DNA of 64,000 nt, from the NCBI GenBank assembly GCA_965285935.1, contig OZ260662.1:101060001-101124000 (forward strand), given 5' to 3'. This document shows positions 35,631 through 47,549 of the stretch, one piece after another; position 1 is the stretch's first letter, and every line of letters starts with the position of its first letter. The notes beneath the pieces were generated by a model, which saw only the letters and a program-made list of their open reading frames with translations, had not been told where the DNA came from and did no database searches. Source of the DNA: Ophelia neglecta. Its lineage: Eukaryota. A program made the position numbers and the translations under genes.

Positions 35631-37003
35631 ATCCTTGTGGTCAGCAGTGATTAACGTCACCAAGTGGAGTTTCTTGACTGTAAAGACAGAAATGCCAATC
35701 CCCCTCTTCTCACACCAAGCATGTCCTGTAGAGCACACCTCAGGTTTTGTTTAATACTGCTGTCTGGCAGAAGAACATATTAGCTTAGTTTCCTTCCCAC
35801 AACCCATTGCAGCGTGCAGACTACCAGCTCTGTCAAGGTATTAAATTGACTGTATAGCCTTTTAGAAAATTGTGGAAATCAGTTTCCAAGGGCATAAAGA
35901 AACAAGGTTTCAGATCTGCAGGGAATACATCCTAGAGATTACCGTGCTCACTCGATAGGTAACCGCGTTAGTAGGCGTTTTCAGATCAGAAAAAGTGAGC
36001 AAATTAGGGCAAAAAAAGGGGTTGCGGTTTAAATTAGAGTTAGCAGCTCAGCAAAGTCAGTTTTCTTCCCACACGATCGATCGCCAGTGCACTGCGGAGC
36101 TGGGCGATAATGAGCACATGGTATTACAATCATCTTCTTTGTTGATTTAATACATTAAAACTATTGAATAAACTTTACACAACAACTGCGTAGTGTTATT
36201 TGTTTATAATCTAACCATTAACCTTAATCTCGGGCTTGCTTAATGTCATTTTGGTGTTTTTAGATGATATTTCCAATCGACATAACGATCACTAAAAGCA
36301 AAATGCAGGCCGCTATATACATTACGGAACAAATGGCTCCACCTGTTGCATTAGTCATCAGATCGTGGTTGGAGTTTTACATGGAAGTGGTAGTAGTTTA
36401 GAGTGACATTCAAATCATTATCAATTATCATTGGCAATCATTATGCTGATGCACTGTGCACTAATTCTGAGAAATCTGATGAAGAATTGCTAGTCAGAAA
36501 AAAATAAATCCTCGTATGAAGTATTTTTGATCTATTTTAAGTATATTTGCAGGTGGAGCAGGACTTGTAAACCACGAGGCTCGACGTGATCAGAACGCTG
36601 AGGAACCTTCTCCTTACGCATGCTCAACGATACAGAGCATGCCATACTTTGAGTCGTAATCACTAGTGACGAGTTCTCAACACATAAATAAAAATTATGA
36701 AAAGCCGCATAAAATGAACAAGGCACCATTAAACTTATATACATACATTTATTTATTAACAGAATAACTTTCGTGAGGCTTCAGTATACTTCAGGACAAT
36801 AAACAAGGCACTATCAAACTTAGGCCAATATATACAGACATTTATTAACAACTTTCGTTCAGGACAATTTTCTAGCTTAGCCTATGTTAGCCTATAGACT
36901 ATAGACCTATATTGGCCATAGCGATAACTGTCTTTTACCATAATAAACATTATTCCAGAAGGCAAAGATGCCTGGTAAAATGTCCGTTTAACTTTTATCG
37001 TGT

Positions 37004-37849
37004 TCATTTCACTAAGTCCTCTGGCCCGAAACCCCAAAATTCCTCGCCATCGTCGTCGGACAACGCAGCCGGCTCAAAATCACTGCTGTCAGAATCATTG
37101 TCAGTGTCAATAGCTTCCCACAAAGCATCTTCTTGTGTACCATCCAATGCGTTACTGATGCCAGTCTTCAGGAACGACTTTTGGATGGTTTCACTGCTGA
37201 TGGCAGCCCAAGCGTCTTTTACCCATCCTATAATAACCTCCTTTGTTGGGGAGCGCTGGTGTCCGGCTGGTGTGTAAGTGTGGCTGCCCTCAACCATCCA
37301 TTGCTGCCACATAGCTTTGATCTTATCCTTGAATGGTTTGTTGAGGGCAACGTCCAATGGCTGGAGTATCGAAGTGAGGCCACCTGGTATCACCGCTGTA
37401 TCCACTAAACGACGAGTCAGCTCGTTCTTGACAGAGTCCGTCAAGTGGCCACGGAAACTGTCCCAGACTAGAAGTTTTCTTTTGTTGGATCCCAGGGGAA
37501 ATACAGAACGTATCCAAGCAAGGCAGCCATCCTCGTCCATCCACCCTTTTGCTTGGACCTTGGCTACTACGCCAGGTTGACGGCAAGAATCTCCCAGCTT
37601 TCGGACGCCTTTAAAGATTACATGCGGAACAACTTTCCCGCCATCCGCTGTGCAAGTCAGCACAGCTGTGAATCCCTTCTTGTCGGCCCCGGTTGTTCTC
37701 ACTTGTATTGTCTTCTCTCCCTTCTTGTTGAGGGTTTGGGTGGCCGGACTGTCGAACTTCATCGGCGTCTCATCCATATTGTAGATTTGCGACAAAGCAT
37801 ACTGATGCCGACCGCGCATTTTGAGCACAAATCTATGGAAGCTGAGGAT
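37004..37849 (-). CDS. Transposase exon 2: DDE_1 catalytic domain (NMDETP / LVWDSFRGH / LQPLDV) and acidic tail
   Basis: ORF 37004..37828 extended to the tttttacag acceptor (ILSFHRFVLKMRG...). There are 35 residues between the second and third Asp. Confidence 0.93.
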   Translation of the reverse strand: MLSFHRFVLKMRGRHQYALSQIYNMDETPMKFDSPATQTLNKKGEKTIQVRTTGADKKGFTAVLTCTADGGKVVPHVIFKGVRKLGDSCRQPGVVAKVQAKGWMDEDGCLAWIRSVFPLGSNKRKLLVWDSFRGHLTDSVKNELTRRLVDTAVIPGGLTSILQPLDVALNKPFKDKIKAMWQQWMVEGSHTYTPAGHQRSPTKEVIIGWVKDAWAAISSETIQKSFLKTGISNALDGTQEDALWEAIDTDNDSDSSDFEPAALSDDDGEEFWGFGPEDLVK

Positions 37850-37892
37850 CTGTAAAAATAAAAATATAAATTTAATTTTTTTTGCTGGTAAG

Positions 37893-38075
37893 AGTGGTCG
37901 ACATTGGCAATATGGTTGGGTAATAAAACTATCCCAATGATCCGTGTAATATTAAGTAAATATATTATCATGATGGTAATTTATAGTGGTCGACATTGGC
38001 AATATGGTTGGGTAATAAAACTATCCCGATGATCCGTGTAATATTAAGTAAATATATTATCATGATGGTAATTTA
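37893..38075. repeat. 92-bp tandem duplication inside the transposase intron
   Basis: AGTGGTCGACATTGGC... at 37893 and 37985; near-identical copies. Confidence 0.95.
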
Positions 38076-38190
38076 GTTTCGTAACCAAATAAATTAGAAT
38101 GATCTGGATGATATAGCCTACTTAAAATAGGGGAGTTTGGTAGTCCATCTAATTATTACATGTATTTTATCTTAAGATTTTAAAACGCAC

Positions 38191-38625
38191 CTTTTCCTCA
38201 TGGTCCTTGGGTAACCGTTGAGCTAGGGAAGTTCTTCGCCGGGTGGTAAGGGATTGACGGGCCTTGAACTTCCCTAGCCAGCCCTCTGAGGCCTTGAAGT
38301 CGGTAAGACCCCGAGCGGTAGCTTCCTTCTTAGCTTGAATCTTCAGGAGTGGCCCAGAGACGGCATGCCCCTCCTTGCGTTGAAGATCGACCCATTCGGC
38401 CAGGGTGTCCTCAAGGCCTTGGTCACGGACTTTTCGGCCGGCTCCCTTCAGCTGTTTTGCATTCCTTGGCTGTTCTTGCAGTTTTTCCGACGACTTAACC
38501 CAGTCTCGGACTTGGCGATCTGACAATCCAAATTCACGGGCCGTAGCCCGAGCATTCTTCAACTCGGCGAACCGAGCAATCACTTTCAGCTTTTGGCTGA
38601 CTGTGTACGATCTTCTTGGCGGCAT
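38191..38625 (-). CDS. Transposase exon 1: Brinker-like HTH plus CENP-B/Tc5 HTH DNA-binding domains (145 aa)
   Basis: MPPRRSYTVSQKLKVI...AREFGLSDRQVRDW and FKASEGWLGKFKAR motifs. The phase-0 donor AAG|gtgcgt joins exon 2 in frame, giving 426 aa. Confidence 0.92.
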
Positions 38626-39137
38626 CTTGCTTCATGGATTGTGGTATATCTTCGATGTGTAGCGCAGTGAAAAGTCGTGATATGCATATAGCGAATCTCA
38701 AGAGGTGAGTGATCAGTTGAAAACCGAGCTGCCATTTATACGTTGTCCTCAAAATTAATTGCAAAGCCACCCATGTTTTTGTAAAGTTACAAAAGCAATT
38801 TAGATACTCGACATCTACTCATGTGTGTTTATTTTGTACTATTTATGGATACAGGATTGGCCAGTGTAGACTAACTGTCGGCTTTTTGTGTGGTCAGTCC
38901 GTGATCGTGGTAGATGAATCCACAACATGGCGGGCCATTGGCGCCGTAGTGTGAATGCAGTTGCTGCTTCGTGGCAAACTCACACCTTTGATGACCAGCC
39001 CTGTCTGCGTTCACGCCTACCGTAGTTTGATTGCGTATTAATTGGGAATTGTAAACCAACAGTCTGCCAATTGTGTTTTTAGTCAGAGATAAGAGTGTTA
39101 GGATTAGTAAGCTTACACAAACCTGCACAATGCGATC

Positions 39138-39180
39138 TCATTGGCTGCTTCCCGCCCCGATTGTCGCACTTGATGACGTT
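39138..39180 (-). promoter_or_regulatory. Putative transposase promoter elements (GC box, CCAAT box, CRE-like)
   Basis: Minus strand GGGGCGGGAAGCAGCCAATGAG with an adjacent TGACGT, about 500 bp upstream of the ATG. Confidence 0.35.
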
Positions 39181-39593
39181 TTCAATGTTAGCACGGTACT
39201 ACTAGAATTTGGCGCGGTTTAATTTGGGGATTTTAGGAATTTAGTTTCATTTGGAGAAAAATGTGGGATTAAAAGCAAAAAATGCAGACGCGGTTTATAT
39301 TGGAGTGCGGTTAGTTTTCGAGAGAGTACGGTAGGTCTTGCAATAAATGATAATGTAAAGACTGAAAACCTAGCATGGTTCAAATCACCCTAAGGCACCA
39401 GATGGGAGATTTACATTGATGCATAATAAGTAAATTAAATGTCACTCAATAATGATATATTTATTATTTATTTTTTTTGCAGGATTTTTTGGGCAGAATT
39501 TTCATACAATATGTTCCAGCCAATAATACTGATGATTTCACATTAAAAAGTTTTAGATATCTTATTACGTTTATTAATTGGTGAAACACTCCA

Positions 39594-39782
39594 CAGTGAA
39601 ACTAGCCTTAAGTTAAAACCACCTCTATGTTCAGACCACCTGCCCACTATACTATGACCATTATAAGGGAAGACCAAGCAGTACCGTTTCAATGTAAAAT
39701 GACCTGGCTAAACTGACCACCTCCATAAACAGACCAGGAGGATCCAAATCCCATGGGTGGTCTCATTTCACAGGTTTTACTA
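39594..39782. mobile_element. Degenerate CAGTGAAAC-family MITE
   Basis: CAGTGAAACTAG ... CACAGGTTTTACTA with internal GACCACC repeats. Confidence 0.7.
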
Positions 39783-40179
39783 TATTTACTCACATGTACA
39801 CAATTGGGGATGGCTTTTTTTTTTAGTAATATCCATTTGTTGACCAGGAATTCCCAAAGGGTTCTGGGGACACATGTAACTGGCTAATAGATTGAAACAA
39901 AACATTGCATGCTGCATTTAGAGCAGACTTTTCCTGGAAATAACAAATTTGACGGACATAGATATGCAGATTTAATAAATGAATTCACTGTTTTTCCAAA
40001 ACCTACTTAATTTTTTCTTTTCATGTTTTAATCTGATGCATGGAAAACCAGAACCACTGTCTTTGCGGGGCCAGAGACAAGTCTGTATTGGCATCTGGCA
40101 GGCAAAACAGTTAGATTATCAGAGTAATGTGGTTGAAAATGAAGAAAGTGGGCTGGGAAACCAATATACTGGAGTGTGG

Positions 40180-40870
40180 AAACCCAAAAAACTGGACTAG
40201 AAAGCCATCTTAAGGTGCAGGACTGATGAAGAAACTAGACTAGAAAAGCAAGAAACAGGATTGGAAAACCAAGAAATAGGACTGACAAAAACCAAGAAAC
40301 TGGACTAGAAAACCAAAAAACTGGACAACAAAACCAAGAAACTGGACTACAAAACCAAGAAACTGGACTACAAAGCCAAACAACTGGACTACAAAACCAA
40401 GAAACTGGACTACAAAACCAAGAAACAAAATTGGAAAACCAAAAAATAGAACTGACCAAAACCAAGAAACTGGACTACAAAACCAAGAAACTGGACTACA
40501 AAACCAAGAAACAAAATTGGAAAACCAAAAAATAGAACTGACCAAAACCAAGAAACTGGACTACAAAACCAAGAAACTGGACTACAAAACTGGACTACAA
40601 AACCAAGAAACTGGACTGACAAAAACCAAAAAACTGGACTACAAAACCAAGAAACAGGATTGGAAAACCAAGAAATAGGACTGACAAAAACCAAGAAACT
40701 GGACTAGAAAACCAAGAAACTGGACTACAAAACCAAGAAACAGGATTGGAAAACACAGAAATGGAACTGATGAAATCCAAGAAACTGGACTAGAAAACCA
40801 AGAAACTGGAAAAACAAAAAACCATGAAACAGGTAGATAGAAAACCAAGAAAACCAAGATTAAAAGCTAT
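40180..40870. repeat. 21-bp minisatellite (AAAACCAAGAAACTGGACTAC) with variant units
   Basis: Direct inspection; source of the (PVSWFCS)n and (VQFLGFV)n ORFs. Confidence 0.95.
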
Positions 40871-41586
40871 ATGCTGGAAGGGAAGAAATAAGACTGGAAG
40901 GCCAACAAGCTGGCCAGGAAAACCTAGAAACTTGATAAGAGAAGCAAATACCAAGAAATAGACAGTAAAAGACATGATTGGAAACTAAAAATTGGACTGG
41001 CAAGGAAAATATGTTGGAAACGAGGAGGCCAAGAAATTCAACTGGAAACCAAGGCACAGGTCTTGACAATTGAGAGGCAGAATCCATGAATCGAGATAAT
41101 TGTATATCAATAGAGCATTTATGAATCCATGTCAACAGTGTATCACCCACCAAAAACTATAATCTACTCAAACTACTGAAAACACGTTATAACTGGCAAG
41201 AATCCACACAGACAATTTTATATCTGATGACTGAAACCAAATCAATGCAGCAGGAGATATGTATCCCATACATGAAGGTCACGGCTCCATGGGTTTTGAC
41301 GCCAACGGTCAGGGGGCTCATAAATATAGTCCCATAGGCTACTATGAACTCCCCTAGATGACTGACCAAGGACTGATCCAGCTATATATACTGTACCTGT
41401 CTTATGACCCCATCTGGGCAGTCTCTCAGCGTCTATCTGTGTACAGGGGTCCCTCAAGTAGGGATTGCTTCAGACCCAGGAGAGCAATTACCCAAACCTT
41501 GACCCACACTTAGCTCCTCTCCAAACACAGTAATCCAGTCTCGCTATCAGTAACTGGTTTCCCTTCTTGTCAAAGAACCAGTATAG

Positions 41587-41880
41587 CCTGGGGGTACCTT
41601 TAATCGTACATATGTGCCTAAGATTTGACCCCCCCCCCCTATTTTCGCTATCTGATGGAGTTTTTTACCCCTATTTTTGGGAATAATACATGTTGTAGTT
41701 TTTTTTTAAATGCAGCTTTTTGAACCCCATAATTGGACTCAATCTAGAACTTTGACCACATCATAAGTTATAGTTTAGAGCTTTGACCCCTTAACTTTGG
41801 GCCTCAATGTAGAGTTTGCCCCTTTATTTTTAAGTTGAAGCAGCATGTATTGTACTCTTTTTCCAGGGCAGGTGCCCCCC
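41587..41880. mobile_element. G/C-ended dispersed repeat, inverted homologue of 13940-14245
   Basis: CCTGGGGGTAC ... GTGCCCCCC ends with internal TTTGACCCC repeats. Confidence 0.55.
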
Positions 41881-42472
41881 TAGCAGTGTAGCAGGGTCCA
41901 TGCTTCCCAGTCAATACAGGCTTCTGATATGACAATCAATCCATCATGTTTTTTCTCTGCCTCCTGCCAGATTCCTGCTGTTACACAATGCCTGAAGGAC
42001 AGCTTTTCATCCAGTCAAATTGTGATCGAACACTGCCGATATTTGGCAGATTTGATTTCTTTCAGGACAATAACATGATTTTCATTTCAATTTAGCAGTG
42101 GCTGTTGCACAAAGTGTGGATCCACATTCAGTGTGGAAAAAAAGGATGCTAAATTTGAAGGAAGTGATGCGGATATGAATTAGTGAAAATGGCTGTAGCC
42201 AAGGAGACAATATTTGGGTGAATTTCCTTGACTTAACCATCTGAGTCCACTAGACTCCAAATACCTGATCTTATGCTGTACCATAGTAAAATTTACACCC
42301 TAGGCAGAGATATTGGGGATTTTCACCGATTGAATAAAAAAACTTCATAATTCCCATAGGGGAGAAAATCTCAAAAAATTAGGTATCCCTTTGTATCTGG
42401 TGCATTAACTTTTGCCAATGTCATTCTCCTCCAAGGGATATCACTGCAGCTAGTTTTAAACTTCACGCACTA

Positions 42473-42686
42473 CAGTGGTCCCTGCGATGTAGGGCCACCC
42501 CTAAATCCTAGGAAAATTGGCCATACATTGCAGGTGGCGCTTCATTGGAGGTACTTTAACATGGAAGAGATAGGATATGGGTATTCAAGCCAGTCCTGCT
42601 ATCACTAGTAGCCCTTCACTGGAGGGCCCTACATTACAAGGGCTGCTGTCCTTCTTTGGACAGGCCTTACATCGCAGTGACCACTG
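42473..42686. mobile_element. 214-bp MITE, CAGTGGTCCCTGC family
   Basis: TIRs CAGTGGTCCCTGCGATGTA / TACATCGCAGTGACCACTG with TA TSD. Confidence 0.9.
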
Positions 42687-43316
42687 TATGTGTGTATGCT
42701 AGACTTTAACTTCATGGTTTTTACGTGGACCCCCCCCCCCCCCTGCCAAAAAACATTGCCTTTTCCCAAAAATTGTCTTGTCTTTCCAAATATCTTCATA
42801 TCTTCAAAAATAACTCATTATAACCAGTCATGGGTGGAATTCTAATAGTTATTTTATATTAAACACTATAAGAAAGGGTACAGGTTAAATATTACAGGTA
42901 CCAAAAGACATAAAGGTACCAAAATTGGCAAATAGCAGTCAGATGACATCTGACAAGCCTGTCATTTGATATGTGCTCCAGCTACACTCCTATCTCAGAC
43001 GGCCATCTCTGATATGGCTGCCAGCTCGGCCAAGCCAAGCCACCAGCCAGCCAGAGACAGCTAGTAGATAATTAATCCGGTGCTCATCTTACAGCTGACT
43101 GGAGCCAACAGTCACGGGCCGGTGGACAGACTGGGAGAATGATGTATCCCTGCCTCAGATATGGGCTGCTCCCCGACTCACTATGACCCTTGGTGGACAG
43201 TCAATATCCAAGATATCAGCTCTTCTCTCCGATCAATGTGGAGTCGAGCTTGCCTGGGTAATAATCCACTGAGAAGATCAATCTTATTCATCTTGTCAAT
43301 TAGAAAATAAATGAAG

Positions 43317-43620
43317 TGCCATCAATGTACCTGGTTTTCACACTTGTATAACATTAGGCTGAAAATGCTGCGGCTGAGAGCTAACATCCCCCTGGTGGTG
43401 GGAAATAACACCAATTCATATACAATGATAACACGTAGGGTGTACGACAATTAAAAAATAACGATTTGCCATCAATGTACCTGATTTTCACACTTGAATC
43501 ACACTCTAAAACTATAAAACGTTGCGGCAGAGAAGTGAAATCCCCCTGGTGTTCAGAACTAGCAACACTTCATAGACTGTGCTTATATATAGGGTAATAT
43601 AACAGTCACAAATGCTATTG
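43317..43620. repeat. Old ~150-bp tandem duplication
   Basis: TGCCATCAATGTACCTG.TTTTCACACTTG at 43317 and ~43467; both copies contain ATCCCCCTGGTG. Confidence 0.8.
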
Positions 43621-45470
43621 AAAAATAGACTAATAAAAGAAGAATTCAAGAAATGGCAGGGTGACTTATGCAAAAACAGGCATTATTTCAGCAAGGCTAT
43701 GATTGCTGGAGAGGAAATGAGGTCGTTAACTGAGCTAAAACAAAACCAAATGGTCCCATAAGAGCTGCCGGTGTGGTCTCTCGCCGTTCTGCACGCTCCC
43801 CAGGGACCAACGCACAGCATTGATATATCATTCACCATGTTTATGTGCTTTCAGTACATTTACTAATTTGGCTGTTTATCAGAAAAAAGACACCTTTCTG
43901 GTCTTCCTTCATGTAAGCACCCTCAAAACACAGCACTTTCTGCTTTTCTTTCAATTATCCAAGGAAACATAATCATGTAGGTGGTGCTTACATGAAGGAC
44001 CAAGCCATTCTCTTGCAGGCCAACAGAAAAAGGGACAATCTAAAATCACTTCATCATATTGGACTGTTAACCATCCAGATCACATGACAGTTGAACATAC
44101 TTCATTTGTTTTCATTACAAGACACAACAGAACATTAAAAACATTAATAGACAGATAATAAGTGATATTTTTCAAATAAGATTCCAGCTGACTATCTTAT
44201 TGTTATTTCAACTTGACTCCTAACATGTTATTTATTAACAAACCCATTGTAATCTTTGAAAGAAGAAGCCCATAAAGTAGGAGAGGCAGACTCTCTTGAA
44301 GATGCCTATCCCTCTTCCTCTATCAACAGTTCCAGATTCGCTTGTGATTAATACCCATGTCCTTGACCACAGATACTTACTCCAATACCCCTCTGTAAAT
44401 CAACTAAAGCAGGAAATATCTGCCATTTTGCAATACTCAGAAATGTGAACAATTCCCTGCTTAGGAAATGTTCCTGTTTAGGGAACAGTAATGATTTTAA
44501 GCCAGTGAGGCCCTGGGGATAATTAAGAGTGTGTGTAGGTTGCGGGTGGGTTGAGGGGGTGGGGTGCTGCAACAAATAAACTGCCACAAAGGGGGGGGGG
44601 GTTTATTAGTTATTAAAAGGGCTTATCAAGGAAATTGCATGACAAAAGACAAAATGGGCGGGAGGGTGGTGTACTAAATTGAGGGTCTGCAAAGGATCCT
44701 TCAAATATTTTATGCAAAAGGTTCCTACCCCCTCCCTGGGGCCTGGAAAAATGAGCCACCCCTACCAAGTCTTATTTGCTTACAGAAATCCTTTCTGTGT
44801 TGATAAAGTCAGGGGGAAAATGTCCTATCGTGAATATACCCAGAAATTTTGCACATAAAAGCTGCCTGAAAAAAATTTGCACTACACATATAGTAATCGA
44901 TGTCTCGGCTGGTTTACGCCTGCTCGGAATCTCGCAATATCTGAAGTACGATATAAATCAAGGAGAAGGCACCCGAGCAGCGGTTCTCTGGAGATGATCC
45001 AGCAGCAAACTCAGTACAAGACCGCGAGCACGTAATTGCATGACAATACACCATAATTCTTTGATATCGGCCGGGTCCCGATGTGCCATGCGGCCTGTAG
45101 CTTGGAGATCGGATCGGGCCCAAGGTAGATGAGAGGTTCTCTAGGGTCACAAGTCCTTGCCACGGCTCGGAGCTGCTCTGCAGGCATTCTACCGATAAGG
45201 TCTCCCAGGCCCAATGACAATTCAGGGTAGTCTCAGGCAGATGAAGAATTGCTTAGAAAAAGTCAATGCATAATCTGCAACCCCCTGGGACATGTGCTTC
45301 CCATAGCATGACCTACTTGTAGTAATGCTGTACACACTCTGAAGACTGCACTCAACTTAGTCACAGACAAGTTTTAAGAAGGAAGACATAAGTTTAGTGA
45401 AGGCCCTCATTCTCAGTCCCTTTGCTATGTTTAATACTTGTCTTGAATCAGATACCATCTTAAAGTGAAA

Positions 45471-45490
45471 TTGCCACCAGGGGGCGCCCA
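45471..45490 (+). promoter_or_regulatory. Consensus-like CTCF binding site
   Basis: TTGCCACCAGGGGGCGCCCA matches the CTCF core CCACCAGGGGGCGC exactly; lies in unique sequence. Confidence 0.55.
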
Positions 45491-45701
45491 GGGCACGCAG
45501 CATCCTCTGCCAATATAATTCAAAGCAAATATTTCTCCGGTTGTCGCAGGCACTGTTAGTGATAGGAACATCCTTAAGCACTGCCAAAGGACGCCTGCAC
45601 GTATCAAATGTTCTCCTATAAGTAATGCTAGAGGATAGTTCTATATATATGTATATATCTGTATATATCTATATATAACTATATATATCTGTATATATAT
45701 A

Positions 45702-45870
45702 CAGTGAAACCTGTGACATGGAGACCACCTAAGGGACTGGAAAATACTGGTCTCATTATGGAGGTGGTCAATGTAAACAGGTTATATAACACTGATAATG
45801 TATAGTGTGGTTTTCATATCACTGGTCTGAATTGACAGGTGGTCTGAATACAGAGGCGATATATAAGGCA
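45702..45870. mobile_element. CAGTGAAACCTG-family MITE next to a TA-rich microsatellite, one end decayed
   Basis: Reverse-orientation homologue of 55701-55878. Confidence 0.75.
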
Positions 45871-46030
45871 TATTTTTAAATATAAACTGTGAAATGCTTC
45901 ACCGGGGATAAATATAATGATGAAAAAACACAAATATTACATGTAACAGTACACATCGCATCATGGCTGAAACAAAAGTATTAACACCTCAATGCTCTCT
46001 AATAAAAATGTGCATATTGAAAAATACACT

Positions 46031-46270
46031 TGGTCTTGTTTCTGGAACCGGTCTAAAGTCTTAACTCAGATTAAAAGCAGTATCAAAGGACTTAATCAGT
46101 CTTATCTGCCTAATCTCGAGTCTCTGGAAGCTGTATGTGGTCTTAATCCTAGCCATTTTGGTCTTAAACCTGACCCTGATCAATAGAAACATCGTTTAAT
46201 GCAGTCCTAGAAAATCGGTAATCAGCTAATCTGATTCAAAACTTAAGAACACTTCCAGAAATGGGGCCCT
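46031..46270. mobile_element. Harbinger-like MITE copy (family of 16874-17110)
   Basis: TTTCTGGAA ... CTTCCAGAAATGGGGCC|CTG with internal GTCTTAA repeats. Confidence 0.75.
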
Positions 46271-47549
46271 GCTCTGTAGAACAGTGTAGGCACAGAAACA
46301 GTGAGCTTGAGTTTCACATCTTATACATTATTTAGATGGACTGTCTTAGTAAAATGACGCATTGCAGACCCGATCAAGTTTTCAGTTCAGACAGGGGGCT
46401 CTGATAATTGGTGATTTTCACAAATACGTAAAATTTATCTGAACGAATGTCGATTTTCACCAATAAAAGAGGAATTATCCAAATCTTTATCGGAGAAATA
46501 GACCGATTTTATTAGGAAGTCCCTACGTGCAGCAGGGCCAATGGGATCAGCATAATGGAGTCCTCAGGAGGTTAAGAGATTAAAAGCATGTGGTTCAATG
46601 TGATTATTGTCATGAATGTTTGATATCAGCCCAGGGCTGGAACCACGAACAATGAAAACAGAGAGACCTTCAATATTTAATGTCCAGTATTGGCAGCGAA
46701 CCCAGCAGCACCCAGAGATGTATAGCTCCCTGCGCCTGCAGAATCTTAACGGAAAAATAACATTTCTCACCAGGCCGGCAGTACAAAAGTTAAAAAAAGA
46801 GTGGCATGTCGCTTGTACTTGGCTATTTTCTAATCTAAGGAAACGTCGTCTTCCGCTTGCTGGAGAAGGTAGCGGGGCACGAGCAATACTTAGCGCCTAT
46901 ACATCTTCATTTAAAAGGAAGTCATTGGAAGGCCAGGCGTTCTAACATTGTAGCTGACAGAATATAATTGAAGCTGGATCGCAGTTCCCTCCATACATCA
47001 TATATGTTATGGTGACAATTATATAGTCAGCCCATTTGTTGTACATTCAAATTCTCTGAACTTTCCATAAAGCAGCATAATTTGCTGAATTTCTGGCAAT
47101 TGTATATTGCACACAAAAGGCTACAACTATGAAAAGGGGTAATTTTCATGCAGACATATATATCATGTACAGCTAATATGCTGACAAATGTCTGCCATTT
47201 TAAGAAGCTGGGAAATAAAGAACATACAGGGACCTAGCCTGCTCAGTATATGTCAAAGCATTGCTGGTCATGAAGACTTCACAGAACTTACGTAGTTTTT
47301 ACTAGAATGACAAATGTAGCCTGCTTGCTTTTGACATCAGTGAGTAAACATATTATCTGGAGACTAAGCTTAGGTAATGGTTCACTGGAACAGGGGCCTG
47401 TTTCTTATATTAAACTTAGGTAAGGATTCACCGGCACAGGGGCCTTTTTCCGGACTAACAGCTTTTGGACGATTCCACTTAAGACATTTATGGAGCAGCC
47501 ATAGTTATACAAATCTCAACAGGCAAAAAGGAACATGTCACCATATCCT

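Larger units (their letters stand above)
35942..39331 (-). mobile_element. Full-length 3390-bp pogo-superfamily DNA transposon (Passer/POGK-like, DD35D)
   Basis: TA TSDs (35940-41, 39332-33); 25-bp imperfect TIRs CCGTGCTCACTCGATAGGTAACCGC vs CCGTACTCTCTCGAAAACTAACCGC (20/25); transposase inside. Confidence 0.93.

Noticed and set aside
36912-37855. Plus-strand and alternate-frame ORFs overlapping the transposase
   Set aside because: Antisense or shadow frames of a GC-richer coding region.
40235-40857. Hydrophobic repetitive ORFs (PVSWFCS / VQFLGFV)
   Set aside because: Products of the 21-bp satellite, with frequent frame switches.
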